Below, one piece after another: positions 33,871-43,335 of a stretch of DNA of 64,000 nucleotides. Position 1 is the first letter of the stretch, and the number at the start of each line of letters is the position of its first letter. The stretch covers positions 18,372 to 82,371 of the forward strand of contig VHCZ01000003.1 of assembly GCA_016871535.1 (NCBI GenBank), given 5' to 3'. This stretch comes from Verrucomicrobiota bacterium (GTDB lineage: Bacteria > Verrucomicrobiota > Verrucomicrobiia > Limisphaerales > SIBE01). Under the pieces are notes generated by a model, which ran no database searches, was not told the origin of the DNA, and saw only the letters and a program-made list of their open reading frames with translations. The position numbers and the translations under genes were made by a program.

Positions 33871-35127
33871 TCACTTGCTCGAAAGGGCTGCCACGCCCGG
33901 CAGTTCTTTTCCTTCCAGAAATTCCAGGCTCGCGCCGCCGCCCGTGCTCATGAAAGTGACCTGTTCGCCCAGGCCCGCCGCGTTCAAAGCTTTCACGCTG
34001 TCTCCGCCCCCAATGATGCTTTTGGCGCTGTTCTGTTTCGTGGCTTCGGCGACGGCGCGCGCGATGGCAAAGGTGCCTTCCGCGAAACGTTTGTCTTCAA
34101 AAATCCCCATCGGGCCATTCCAGAGAATCGTTTTGGCGGTCCGGATTGCCTCGCCGTAAGCTCGGATTGTCGCGGGACCAATATCGACCCCCGCGCCGTC
34201 CTCCGGCAAATCTGCCGAGCTGTTCACGCGCGGGTTTTGCATTTCGATCACAGGCTTGCCTTTTTTGTTCAATTTGCCGGTGTCCACGGGCGTGGCGATC
34301 ACATCGTCGGACGGCAGCAAAAACTTCACGTCGCGCGCGGCCGCTTTGCTCAGCGCGGTCTTGGCCACGTCCGTCTTGTCCGGTTCGACCAGAGACTTGC
34401 CCGTCTTGCGCCCTTGAGCCAGCCGGAAGGTGTAAGCCATCGCGCCGCCGATCAGGATGCAATCCGCTTGCTCGATCAACCGGTCGATGACGCTGATTTT
34501 GTCCGAAACTTTGGCGCCGCCCAGAATGACCACAAAGGGGCGGGCCGGCTTTTCCAATTCGTCGCCCAGGAATCGCAGTTCGCGTTCCATCAGGAGCCCG
34601 CCTGCGCACGGATCGCCCCGGCGGGCAACGGCGCGCGCCATGCCTTCGGTCGATGCATGAGCGCGATGCGCCGCGCCGAATGCATCGTTGATGTAAAAGT
34701 CCGCGAGCTGCGCGAGCTGCTCGGAGAACGCGGCATCATTGGTTTCTTCTCCGGCGTAAAACCGGAGATTCTCCAGCAACAACACATCGCCCGGTTGCAG
34801 CAGCCCAATTGTCTTCTCGACCTTTTCGCCCACGCAATCATCGACGAACGCCACGGGCCGGCAGATCAAATCCGCCAGCTTCGCCGCCACGGGCCGCAGC
34901 GACATAGAAGGCTCGCGTTTGCCCTTGGGACGTCCGAGATGCGACGCGAGAATGATTCGCGCGCCCTTCTCGATCAGCCATTCCAGCGTCGGCAGCGTCT
35001 CTTTGATGCGGGTGGTGTCCGTGACGATCATCTGCCCGTCCTTCTCTTCCATGGGCACGTTGAAATCGACGCGCACGAAGACGCGTTTGCCCCGGACGTT
35101 CAGATCATGGACGGTTAACCTGGCCAT
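33871..35127 (-). CDS. pgk: Phosphoglycerate kinase
   Basis: [28 protein letters not shown] and [14 protein letters not shown] motifs. Confidence 0.96.
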   Translation of the reverse strand: MARLTVHDLNVRGKRVFVRVDFNVPMEEKDGQMIVTDTTRIKETLPTLEWLIEKGARIILASHLGRPKGKREPSMSLRPVAAKLADLICRPVAFVDDCVGEKVEKTIGLLQPGDVLLLENLRFYAGEETNDAAFSEQLAQLADFYINDAFGAAHRAHASTEGMARAVARRGDPCAGGLLMERELRFLGDELEKPARPFVVILGGAKVSDKISVIDRLIEQADCILIGGAMAYTFRLAQGRKTGKSLVEPDKTDVAKTALSKAAARDVKFLLPSDDVIATPVDTGKLNKKGKPVIEMQNPRVNSSADLPEDGAGVDIGPATIRAYGEAIRTAKTILWNGPMGIFEDKRFAEGTFAIARAVAEATKQNSAKSIIGGGDSVKALNAAGLGEQVTFMSTGGGASLEFLEGKELPGVAALSSK

Positions 35128-35180
35128 AAAGCGAAATAGGCGCGAAGCATAGCGAAGCCGCCCATCGAGTCAAAGGGGAA

Positions 35181-35795
35181 TTAGAACTGCTTCGTTGCCT
35201 CCCAGGCCCCAGTCCGCAGATACGGCTTGAGCTTCAGTTTGAGCGATTCCCGTCCGCGATGGATCAACGATTTGGTCGCGGAAAGCGAACAGCCCAGGAC
35301 CTGGGCGATTTCCTCGTAGGACATTTCGTCCTCCTGAAACAACAGGATGGCCGTCCGCTGGTTCTCGGGGAGGTCCGCCAGGGCTTCTTCGATCTTACGC
35401 GTCAATTCATCCCGCAGGACAAGATCAGGGGGGAGCGCGTTCTTGGTATCTTCGTACTGGCGGATCGGTTGGTCTTCGTTGTCTGGATGCGGCGCGTCCA
35501 GAGAATCCGCCGGGTGCCGCGAGCGCCGACGGATTTCGTTCAGGCAAAGGTTCCGGGCGATCGTGTACAGCCAGGTGGAGAATTTCGCCGACACGCGATA
35601 GCGATGCGCGGATTTGAATACCTGCAGAAAGACGTGCTGCGCCAGGTCTTCCGCTTCGGTCGCGTCGGGCAGGGTCCGGAAAAGAAGATTGATAACCGGC
35701 TGCTTGTACTTTTCGACTAGTTCCTCAAAAGCGGCCATATCGCCCTGTTTGACGCGAAGCATCAGGGCGGCATCGGGATCGAGGTTGGCAGCCAT
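35181..35795 (-). CDS. ECF-type RNA polymerase sigma-70 factor
   Basis: Region 2: AEDLAQHVFLQVFKSAHRY..FSTWLYTIARNLCLNEIRR. Region 4: MSYEEIAQVLGCSLSATKSLIHRGR. Confidence 0.9.
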   Translation of the reverse strand: MAANLDPDAALMLRVKQGDMAAFEELVEKYKQPVINLLFRTLPDATEAEDLAQHVFLQVFKSAHRYRVSAKFSTWLYTIARNLCLNEIRRRSRHPADSLDAPHPDNEDQPIRQYEDTKNALPPDLVLRDELTRKIEEALADLPENQRTAILLFQEDEMSYEEIAQVLGCSLSATKSLIHRGRESLKLKLKPYLRTGAWEATKQF

Positions 35796-35838
35796 CGGGT
35801 ATCAACGTAACAGACCGCAACTCTGGCACAAGCCGGTT

Positions 35839-35859
35839 AGAGCCTGTCAGACAGGCTCT
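35839..35859. repeat. Short perfect hairpin
   Basis: agagcctgtc-a-gacaggctct. Related to the GGACAGGC..GCCTGTCC hairpins at 22635 and 47921. Confidence 0.7.
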
Positions 35860-36280
35860 TAAGCCGAAGCCTTGGCAAACACCGGCGGGGTGGAAGAGTT
35901 TTGGGAGGTGTTCAGGATTTCGATTTTTGCTGATCTCGGCCTTTTGATGAAGCTGGGGAGCGCGACCGTCTCGGTTGCTGTGTTTGGCGTCGCGCCGCGT
36001 CCTTTTCGACGAAGATGCGAGCCGGATTGAAACGTCGCCGGCTCAACAGCGGTTTGCCGTTTCCGCTGACGCTTGTTTGCCGCAGTTCGGTCGCACAATC
36101 ATGGCGCTGCGTGCTTATGCGCCCCATGAAAGCGCATTTCCCGCGCGGGGCTCTTCAGGGCGCTGAACAATCGGACGCAAGCGGAAAGCTGCTTGGGTGC
36201 GTCCAAAATGCGGAGGCCACAAAGGCCACAAAGGGCATCTTGCGCAACCATCCCGCTCTCGAGTAAAGTTTCTTTCAGCA

Positions 36281-37801
36281 ATGCAGGTGCTTGATTCATC
36301 CCGAAGCCGCATCCTTGAACCTCTCCGTTCCAAGGCGTCCGTCGAGTTTGATGCCGAACGGAAACAGGAGTTGGGGCAATTCTTCACGCCGGAATCTATC
36401 GGGGCTTTCATGGCGTCGTTATTCGAGAAATGCCCGGCCGAAATCCGTCTGCTTGACGCCGGCGCGGGAGACGGTGCACTCATCGCTGCTTTTGTGAAGC
36501 AGTCATGCGGCGGCGGGCGTCCGCCAAAACGAATTGCCGTGACAGCCTACGAGCTTGACGACGCAATCCTTCCGGCTCTTGAGCGGACATTGCGGTTGTG
36601 CCGGACCGAGTGTGAGCAAACCGGAATCGCGTTCACTGCGGACTTGCACCACGAAGATTTCATTGGGGCTGCGGTTACACTCACGCGCCAAGACTTGTTC
36701 GATTCATCCAAGACACCGTTCAACGCGGTCATCCTCAATCCACCCTATCGCAAGATCAACAGCGACTCACACGCGCGACGGCTGCTGCGTGAGACTGGAA
36801 TTGAAACGAGCAACCTCTACACAGGCTTTCTTGCGCTCGCCGCGAAACTTCTGTGCGAAAGCGGCGAGATGGTGGCGATTTGCCCGCGCAGTTTCTGCAA
36901 TGGGCCTTACTTCCGTCCGTTCCGCGAACAGTTCCTTGCGGTGATGTCGCTCCGCCGACTCCACGTTTTCGAATCGCGGTCGGTGGCGTTTCAACATGAT
37001 GACGTGTTGCAGGAGAACATCATCGTTCATGCCGTTAAGTCGCCGAAGAAGCCGGAGTTGGTCGTCATTTCGACGAGCAGCGGCGAGACCGGCGGCAAAA
37101 TGACGGCCCGAACCTGTCCATTCAGCGAGGTTGTTTCGCCGCGCGACCCCGAGCAGTTCATTCACCTTGTCGCTGCCGAGTCAGACGAAGCGGTTCGCCA
37201 GAAGATGCGGAGATTCACGGCTCCGCTCGCGACGCTCGGCTTGGAAGTTTCGACGGGACGCGTCGTAGATTTCCGCGCGAAGCAGTTTCTCGTTCGCGAG
37301 CCTCAGGACGATACCGCGCCGCTGATTTACCCGTGCCACCTTAACGGCGGCTTCGTGCATTGGCCGAAGCCGGGCGGCAAGAAGCCGAACGCCATCCGCG
37401 ATACCGAACGCACGCAGGAACTGCTCGTGCCGGGCGCGATTTACGTCCTGGTGAAACGCTTCACGTCGAAAGAGGAGCGTCGGCGAGTGGTGGCTTGCAT
37501 TTACGACCCACACCGCATCCGCGCAGAGCGTGTCGGCTTTGAAAACCATCTGAACTATTTCCATGCTCGTGGACGCGGGCTGCCGATGGACGTGGCGAAG
37601 GGGCTCGCCGCCTTCCTGAATTCAACGCTGGTTGATGTTTACTTCCGCCAGTTCAATGGTCACACACAGGTCAACGCGACCGACTTGCGGAACATGCGCT
37701 ACCCGACGCGCGCGGAGCTCGAATCGCTTGGCCGCAAAATCGCCGATGCGTTCCCCGACCAGGCCGAGTTGGACGCGCTCGTTGAAAGGGAGCTTGTTTG
37801 A
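36281..37801 (+). CDS. N6-adenine DNA methyltransferase of a BsuBI/PstI-type R-M system
   Basis: ATG at 36281 (MQVLDSS...). GQFFTPESIGAFMASLF, motif I LLDAGAGDGALIAAF, motif IV AVILNPPYRKI. TGATG overlap with the next gene. Confidence 0.85.
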   Translation: MQVLDSSRSRILEPLRSKASVEFDAERKQELGQFFTPESIGAFMASLFEKCPAEIRLLDAGAGDGALIAAFVKQSCGGGRPPKRIAVTAYELDDAILPALERTLRLCRTECEQTGIAFTADLHHEDFIGAAVTLTRQDLFDSSKTPFNAVILNPPYRKINSDSHARRLLRETGIETSNLYTGFLALAAKLLCESGEMVAICPRSFCNGPYFRPFREQFLAVMSLRRLHVFESRSVAFQHDDVLQENIIVHAVKSPKKPELVVISTSSGETGGKMTARTCPFSEVVSPRDPEQFIHLVAAESDEAVRQKMRRFTAPLATLGLEVSTGRVVDFRAKQFLVREPQDDTAPLIYPCHLNGGFVHWPKPGGKKPNAIRDTERTQELLVPGAIYVLVKRFTSKEERRRVVACIYDPHRIRAERVGFENHLNYFHARGRGLPMDVAKGLAAFLNSTLVDVYFRQFNGHTQVNATDLRNMRYPTRAELESLGRKIADAFPDQAELDALVERELV

Positions 37802-38778
37802 TGGCCGCCGCCAATGCCCGCGCGAGCGCCGCAGCGAGGAAGGGAAAGCTGGGCGAAGCGATGGAAATCCTCAAAGCAATCGGCTTCGGTCCGAGACAGA
37901 GCAGCGAAGTCGCGGCCTACACTTTCCTCGCGCTGCTCGACCTTGTCGCGAACGCCCCGTGGAGCGCCGCCTCAAATCCGCTCCGTGGCATCACGCCCAT
38001 CATTGGGTTCATTGCGAAAGCCTACGGTGTCCGATACGCGCCGAACACGCGCGAAACCATTCGCGACGAAGCCGTCAAATACTTCGTCGAAGCGGGATTG
38101 TTGCTGCGCAACCCGGACAATCCGAACCGCCCCACGAACAGCGGCCAAACCGTTTATCAAATCGAACCGACGGCGTTAGCGCTGGTGCGCACGTTTGGAA
38201 CGAAGCCGTGGTCCGCGCAGTTGAAGGAGTATCTGGCGAATCGCGCAAAGATTCGTGAATCTGTCGAGCGCGAGCGCAAGCTGGCGCGCATTCCAGTGAA
38301 GCTTCCTTCTGGCGAAACGGTAACAATCTCGCCGGGCGGCCAGAATCCGCTCATTAAACAAATCATCGAGGAGTTTTGTCCACGCTTCGCGCCGGGCGCG
38401 ACAGTTGTTTACATCGGCGACGCCGAGAGCAAGTTTCTGCATCTGGAAGCAGCCTACCTCGAAGGCTTGAGGGGTGTGATTGCGGCGTCGGCGAAAATGC
38501 CCGATGTCGTGGTGCATGACACGAAGCGCAACTGGTTGCTGTTGGTTGAAGCTGTCACGAGCGCTGGGGCGGTGGATTGGAAGCGTCGGAATGAACTCAA
38601 AGACCTTTTCAAAAGCTGCAAGGCCGGCCTGGTGTTCGTTACCGCGTTCGAGACGCGGCGCGCGATGCAGAGTTTTCTGCCGCTGATTTCCTGGGAGACA
38701 GAAGTTTGGGTTGCTGAAGCTCCGGATCATTTGATTCACTTCGACGGGGAACGGTTTCTCGGCCCTTATCCAGATTGA
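37801..38778 (+). CDS. BsuBI/PstI family type II restriction endonuclease
   Basis: LGEAMEILKAIGFGPRQSSEVAAYTFLALLDL plus YAPNTRETIRDEAVKYFVEAGLLLRNPDNPNRPTNSGQTVYQI match my recollection of this family. Size about 325 aa. Confidence 0.8.
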   Translation: MAAANARASAAARKGKLGEAMEILKAIGFGPRQSSEVAAYTFLALLDLVANAPWSAASNPLRGITPIIGFIAKAYGVRYAPNTRETIRDEAVKYFVEAGLLLRNPDNPNRPTNSGQTVYQIEPTALALVRTFGTKPWSAQLKEYLANRAKIRESVERERKLARIPVKLPSGETVTISPGGQNPLIKQIIEEFCPRFAPGATVVYIGDAESKFLHLEAAYLEGLRGVIAASAKMPDVVVHDTKRNWLLLVEAVTSAGAVDWKRRNELKDLFKSCKAGLVFVTAFETRRAMQSFLPLISWETEVWVAEAPDHLIHFDGERFLGPYPD

Positions 38779-38787
38779 AAGGCTTTT

Positions 38788-38910
38788 ATGCAACGCTGCC
38801 CGACAACACAAGACGTCGGTTGGTTTTTGGACCTCTACAAAAACGGCCAACTTGATTTGACCCACCGTATCAGCGGCGCTCCTAAACCCGACTCTGTCCT
38901 CGTTCGACGG
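38788..38910 (+). pseudogene. N-terminal relic of a DUF262 (GmrSD/ParB-nuclease-like) gene
   Basis: ATG at 38788: MQRCPTTQDVGWFLDLYKNGQLDL. The hallmark FDPPYQRRS then appears one frame off (about 38862-38885) and hits TAA. No further DUF262 sequence follows. Confidence 0.5.
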
Positions 38911-38955
38911 CGAGAGGCGGAATCAAGTTGCGCGACGTGAATGCGCGGTGGCTCT

Positions 38956-39140
38956 CTGGCCACAACGGCGGGTTGGTGTTCAGTTTGAACGGTCAGCGCT
39001 CTCCGTTTTCTGGCGCTCGATTTCGCGTTGTTTCGCGCTGTCCTTGGACTGGATGACGACGATGGTAACCGTGCGTCGGCGAGGCAAGTCCTGCGATGCG
39101 GGTGAGCGGGAGGCCCGTGCTGCCTTGTGACGAAAGTCAG
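38956..39140. repeat. Left copy of partial direct repeat bracketing the GNAT-like cassette
   Basis: ctggccacaacggcgggttggtgttca (38956-38982), caagtcctgcgatg (about 39085-39098) and gaaagtcag (about 39131-39139) recur in the same order at 40145-40212. Confidence 0.55.
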
Positions 39141-39331
39141 CGAGCAGTGAGTTTGCGGCGGCGGGCGACGCCGTTGCGGTGGACGCGGCGGTGCGGACGG
39201 CGGGCCTTGTCCATTTCCGCAATCATGCGGGCTTCCAGCAAGGCGCGAGGCGAGGCGAACGCGATTTCGTGCGTGCGCTCGTATTCCAGCAGGTCATCCA
39301 GCCAATCTTTCGGCGTCAGCTTCCGTTTCAT
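39137..39331 (-). CDS. Small basic hypothetical protein (64 aa) downstream of the GNAT-like gene
   Basis: MKRKLTPKDWLDDLLEYERTHEIAFASPRALLEARMIAEMDKARRPHRRVHRNGVARRRKLTAR. GC3-rich codons. Starts 17 nt after the upstream stop; an alternative ATG at 39367 overlaps it. Confidence 0.45.
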   Translation of the reverse strand: MKRKLTPKDWLDDLLEYERTHEIAFASPRALLEARMIAEMDKARRPHRRVHRNGVARRRKLTAR

Positions 39332-39347
39332 ATTGGATAGAGTGCGT

Positions 39348-39962
39348 TCAGTGTTTCGCTTTTGCAAGACGGCGCTTCCGATCGGTTAAGTAGTAATCCC
39401 GGATGCCGCGCATGGTGTCCCGACGGATGATGAACAAATCCTGCACAGGGCGGGTTTGCAGAATCTTTTCGTAAAACGGGGCGGAACTGCCCGTGGCCTC
39501 GCCCCAGATCATTTCGATGCCGAGGAAAGCGGCAATCCCCGTGAGGCTGAAAAGCATTCCAGTGCCGATCCCGGAAATGGGCTGATTCGCGAACATCAAG
39601 CCTGGACGGACGGCGAGGAAGTCCAGAACAAGATGATGACACCAAGTGCGGCGGCAGTAGGCGAGCGCGAGGAACTTGTATCGCTTGGCCCAGTCCGCGG
39701 ACGCGACGAGGAGGAATGCAAGTTCGGCGCGGTCGTTGCGGCGGACGGCGGCTTGCAGGTCTTTGAGACTGGCTACAGTCGCGCCCTCACGGGTGTAGTA
39801 GAACCAGCGTTTGGCGGCGAGTGCGGCGAACTCCGCCGCGTCCGTTCCCGGTGTCATCTTCCGCCAAGCCCGCACGCGTCGGACTTCCGCTTCTGTAGCG
39901 AACGTCAATTCGACAGGCCGGAATTCGCCCGCCGCTTCGGCGTGGAAGATGATGGGTTTCAT
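39348..39962 (-). CDS. Hypothetical protein with GNAT-like acyltransferase C-terminal half
   Basis: 204 aa. HLVLDFLAVRPGL...ISGIGTGMLFSLTGIAAFLGIEMIWGEATGSSAPFYEKIL resembles the GNAT beta4-alpha3 / alpha4 region. I do not recognise the N-terminal 90 aa. Confidence 0.6.
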   Translation of the reverse strand: MKPIIFHAEAAGEFRPVELTFATEAEVRRVRAWRKMTPGTDAAEFAALAAKRWFYYTREGATVASLKDLQAAVRRNDRAELAFLLVASADWAKRYKFLALAYCRRTWCHHLVLDFLAVRPGLMFANQPISGIGTGMLFSLTGIAAFLGIEMIWGEATGSSAPFYEKILQTRPVQDLFIIRRDTMRGIRDYYLTDRKRRLAKAKH

Positions 39963-40063
39963 GCTTTCGCGCGGCGGGCGGCGCCTCTCGACGGAACCCG
40001 CTGACCGTTGCGCTTTCCATGCGGGTCAATCTGATCGGAATCCCGGACGAAACCAAGCGCCAT
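39959..40063 (-). CDS. Possible 34-codon upstream ORF coupled (ATGA) to the GNAT-like gene
   Basis: MALGFVRDSDQIDPHGKRNGQRVPSRGAARRAKA. Its stop overlaps the GNAT-like ATG. There is no other support. Confidence 0.2.
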   Translation of the reverse strand: MALGFVRDSDQIDPHGKRNGQRVPSRGAARRAKA

Positions 40064-40144
40064 TCTCGCCCTCCGGATCCTCTCCACGGTTTTGGGAAAG
40101 ATGAACTATTCCGTGTGACGCGAACCCGGCTCGTTCGTCCCCCT

Positions 40145-40212
40145 CCGGCCACAGAGGCGGTTGGTGTTCAATCGGAAGGGCGATTCCTGCGATGATCAAA
40201 GTCAAAAGTCAG
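40145..40212. repeat. Right copy of partial direct repeat bracketing the GNAT-like cassette
   Basis: ccggccacagaggcggttggtgttca...cgattcctgcgatg...caaaagtcag. Confidence 0.55.
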
Positions 40213-40319
40213 TTTCAGTTTCATTCACGCTCTGGAAATACCGGTGACTGAGTGTTCAGTTGGAAAGACTTCTCAGGTTCACTTGCGTTTTCGCGGACTT
40301 CTGACCTATCGTGCGTCGG

Positions 40320-43097
40320 ATGCGGAACCTGTTGGAAAAGATCGAAGCGCACGCCGCGCAGCGGCTGGTCTTGCCGCAAAACCGCGCGCCCAGCAGCGAA
40401 CTGGCGCGCTACAAGAACTTCCTCAAAGTCGAACGCCATCGCCTCAAGATGCAACATCGCGCCGGCGCCGGCGGGCGCGCGGTCTGCCAGGGGCAAGCCG
40501 CGGTGCTCGATGTCCTCTTGCGCTACCTCCTGGACGCCGTCCGAAACAGCGCGCCGCTAGATGCGTCCGCCCGGAGAGTAACCTTTGCTCTGGTCGCGCT
40601 CGGTGGCTATGGCCGGGGCGAACTCAATCCCCAGAGCGACATTGACATCATGTTCCTGCATTCGGGGGAACTGGTTTTCAACGGCAAGCCGCGTCCGTAT
40701 CTCTCGGCCCTCACGGATGGGTTGCTTTACACGCTCTGGGACATCGGACTGAAGGTTGGCCATTCCGTCCGCAGCGTCGATGACTGCGCGCGGATTGCCA
40801 ACACGGACATGCAATCCAAAACGTCGCTGATCGAAGCGCGGTTGATCGCCGGGGACGAGGAGTTGTTCCAGCGCATGCAGGCCGTCGTCCTGGCCAAATG
40901 CGTGCGGGGTTCGGAAGCGAGCTACATCAAGGCGCGAATCGAAGATCAGGAGGCTCGCCGCGCCAAGTTCGGCAATTCCGCCACCATGCAGGAACCCAAC
41001 ATCAAGAATGGCTGCGGCGGATTGCGCGATTTCCAGAACCTGGTCTGGATGTCCTTCTTCAAATACCGCGTACGCACGCTGCGCGAAATGGAGACGCGGG
41101 AATTGATCGGCGCCGGCGAATCCAAGCAACTCGAAGCCGCTTACGATTTCCTGCTCCGGACCCGGAACGAGCTGCACTACCAGACCAACCGGCCCGTGGA
41201 CGCGCTGTCCAGGAGTCTGCAGCCGGTTGTGGCGCACCACCTGGGCTACACCGACCGTTCGCCGAGCAAGCGGCTCCAGCGGTTCATGCGCGATCTGTAT
41301 TCGCACATGCGCAACATTTACCTGATCACGCGCACGGTGGAGCAGCGGCTGGCGCTGCTGCCGCAACCGCAGCGGCTGCCTTCGCTGCGCCAGATCATTC
41401 GCAGCGGCCGCCAGCGCGCGCTGCAGCAGTTGTTCGACGGCTTCAAGCTGATCGACCGCGAGATTCACGCCGCCACGCCGCGCGTCTTTCGCGACCAGCC
41501 GCGGCGGTTGATGCGCGTGTTTCTCTACGCGCAGCAACGCGGATTCACGCTGCACCCCGACCTGACGCAGCTCGTCCGCAACCATCTGTCGCTGGCCGGC
41601 AAAACCTTCCTGCAGGACCGGCACGTTCACGAAACGTTTCTCGAAATCCTCAACCAACGCGGAAACGTCGCGCCGATCCTGCGCGCCATGCACGACGTCG
41701 GACTGCTGGGGCGGTACCTGCCGGAGTTCGGGCGTTTGACGTGCCTGGTCCAGCACGAGTTCTATCACCGTTACACCGCCGACGAGCATACACTGATGTG
41801 CCTCGAAAAGCTGGACCAGGTCTGGGAAGCGAAGCAACCACCCTTCAACCGTTACACCGAAATCTTCCAGCGCATCGAGCGGCCGTTCGTCCTTTATCTG
41901 GCGTTGCTGCTGCACGACGCGGGCAAAGCCTATGACGACGGCAAGCACGAGGTGCTCGGCGGGAAACTTACCCTGAACGTCTCCCGGCGCCTGGGCCTGG
42001 ACAGCGCCACCACCCACGCCCTGCGCCTGCTCGTGGAACAGCACCTGGCCATGATTCAAATCTCGCTGCGCCGCGACCTGGACGACCCGGTGGTGATTCG
42101 GAATTTTGCCGCGCTGGTCCAGTCTCCTGAAAACCTGGACATGCTCCTGCTGCACACCTTTGCCGATTCCCTGGGGACCAGCGAACAACTCTGGAACGGA
42201 TTCAAGGATACTCTGCTCTCGACGCTTTATCACAAGACCATGAACCTGCTCTCGGGCGGGACGGACTTTCTTCGTGCCGAAGAAAAACATCGTGAACTGC
42301 TGGCCGCGGAGGTTCGCAAGCTGATGTCGTCTCACCTCGGGGAAGACGAACTCCAGGCTCACTTCGCGCATTTGCCCGCGCGTTATTTCCAGATTCATTC
42401 CGCCCGGCAAATCATGGCCGACCTGGACCGCGAGCAGCGATTCCTGCAACTGCAAATGCACGAGGAGGACAAAGCGCTCGAACCGGTCATCGACTGGCAC
42501 AACGAGCCGGACCGCGGCTACACCGCCGTGCACGTCTGCACCTGGGACCGCGCCCGCCTCTTCAGCAAGATCACCGGCTGCCTGACTGCGGCGGGCCTCA
42601 ACATTCTCAGCGCGCAAATCTTCTCACGCACGGATGGCATCATTCTGGACACGTTCTTTGTGACCGATGCCAAAACCGGTTTGCTGCCGGTCCGGGAGGA
42701 ACGCGAGAAGTTCGAGCGATTCTTGAAAACGGCGCTCACCGGCCATCTGGATCTCTCGCCGCTGATCGCCCGCCAGAAAGTGACCGTGCCGATCTATCGC
42801 GCGCTCGAAGGCGAGCAAATCCCGACCGTCCTCCATTTTGACAACGATACCTCCGATTACTACACGGTCATCGACATCCAGACCGAGGACCGGGTCGGGT
42901 TGCTTTACATCATCTCGCAGGCGCTGGCAGACTTGAGCCTCGACATCGCCCTGGCGAAGATTTGCACCGAGAAAGGCGCGGCCATCGACAGCTTTTACGT
43001 GTCCCAGGCCGACAGCCGCAAGGTCACTTCTCCCGAATACCAGAAATTCATTTCGGACAAACTCAAAGCCGCCATCGCCAGCCTTGATCCAAGCTAA
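40320..43097 (+). CDS. glnD: [Protein-PII] uridylyltransferase / uridylyl-removing enzyme
   Basis: Nucleotidyltransferase motif GGYGRGELNPQSDIDIMFL, HD domain (LLLHDAGK), two C-terminal ACT domains. ATG at 40320 or GTG at 40311. Confidence 0.93.
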   Translation: MRNLLEKIEAHAAQRLVLPQNRAPSSELARYKNFLKVERHRLKMQHRAGAGGRAVCQGQAAVLDVLLRYLLDAVRNSAPLDASARRVTFALVALGGYGRGELNPQSDIDIMFLHSGELVFNGKPRPYLSALTDGLLYTLWDIGLKVGHSVRSVDDCARIANTDMQSKTSLIEARLIAGDEELFQRMQAVVLAKCVRGSEASYIKARIEDQEARRAKFGNSATMQEPNIKNGCGGLRDFQNLVWMSFFKYRVRTLREMETRELIGAGESKQLEAAYDFLLRTRNELHYQTNRPVDALSRSLQPVVAHHLGYTDRSPSKRLQRFMRDLYSHMRNIYLITRTVEQRLALLPQPQRLPSLRQIIRSGRQRALQQLFDGFKLIDREIHAATPRVFRDQPRRLMRVFLYAQQRGFTLHPDLTQLVRNHLSLAGKTFLQDRHVHETFLEILNQRGNVAPILRAMHDVGLLGRYLPEFGRLTCLVQHEFYHRYTADEHTLMCLEKLDQVWEAKQPPFNRYTEIFQRIERPFVLYLALLLHDAGKAYDDGKHEVLGGKLTLNVSRRLGLDSATTHALRLLVEQHLAMIQISLRRDLDDPVVIRNFAALVQSPENLDMLLLHTFADSLGTSEQLWNGFKDTLLSTLYHKTMNLLSGGTDFLRAEEKHRELLAAEVRKLMSSHLGEDELQAHFAHLPARYFQIHSARQIMADLDREQRFLQLQMHEEDKALEPVIDWHNEPDRGYTAVHVCTWDRARLFSKITGCLTAAGLNILSAQIFSRTDGIILDTFFVTDAKTGLLPVREEREKFERFLKTALTGHLDLSPLIARQKVTVPIYRALEGEQIPTVLHFDNDTSDYYTVIDIQTEDRVGLLYIISQALADLSLDIALAKICTEKGAAIDSFYVSQADSRKVTSPEYQKFISDKLKAAIASLDPS

Positions 43098-43142
43098 TAA
43101 TACTGTGCAGACCGTGGGATTGACGACAGATCGACCGGAGAA

Positions 43143-43281
43143 CCGTAGCGCAGATTTTCAATCTGCTGTATCGCCGATTTCCAATCGGCAGGGCGCCGGC
43201 CAGTCCCAGCGGGCTCGGACTGGGAGACGCCCCGCAGAATACAATTCTGTGATACGGCAGAGTGCAACTCTGCGCTACGAG
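43143..43281. repeat. Family D element, copy D2
   Basis: ccgtagcgcagattttcaatctgctgtatcgccgatttccaatcggc...gcagaatacaattctgt..gcagagtgcaactctgcgctacgag. Confidence 0.85.
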
Positions 43282-43335
43282 CTTTGTCGTCCATCCCGTG
43301 GACCAAGCAGTAAGCAGCGACGATTCAGATCGGAC

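Noticed and set aside
40557-42617. 686-aa ORF on the minus strand, the longest non-called ORF.
   Set aside because: It is entirely antisense to glnD, which has clear domain signatures. The composition is R/A/G/V/H/Q-rich with no motifs. This is a typical shadow ORF of a GC-rich gene.
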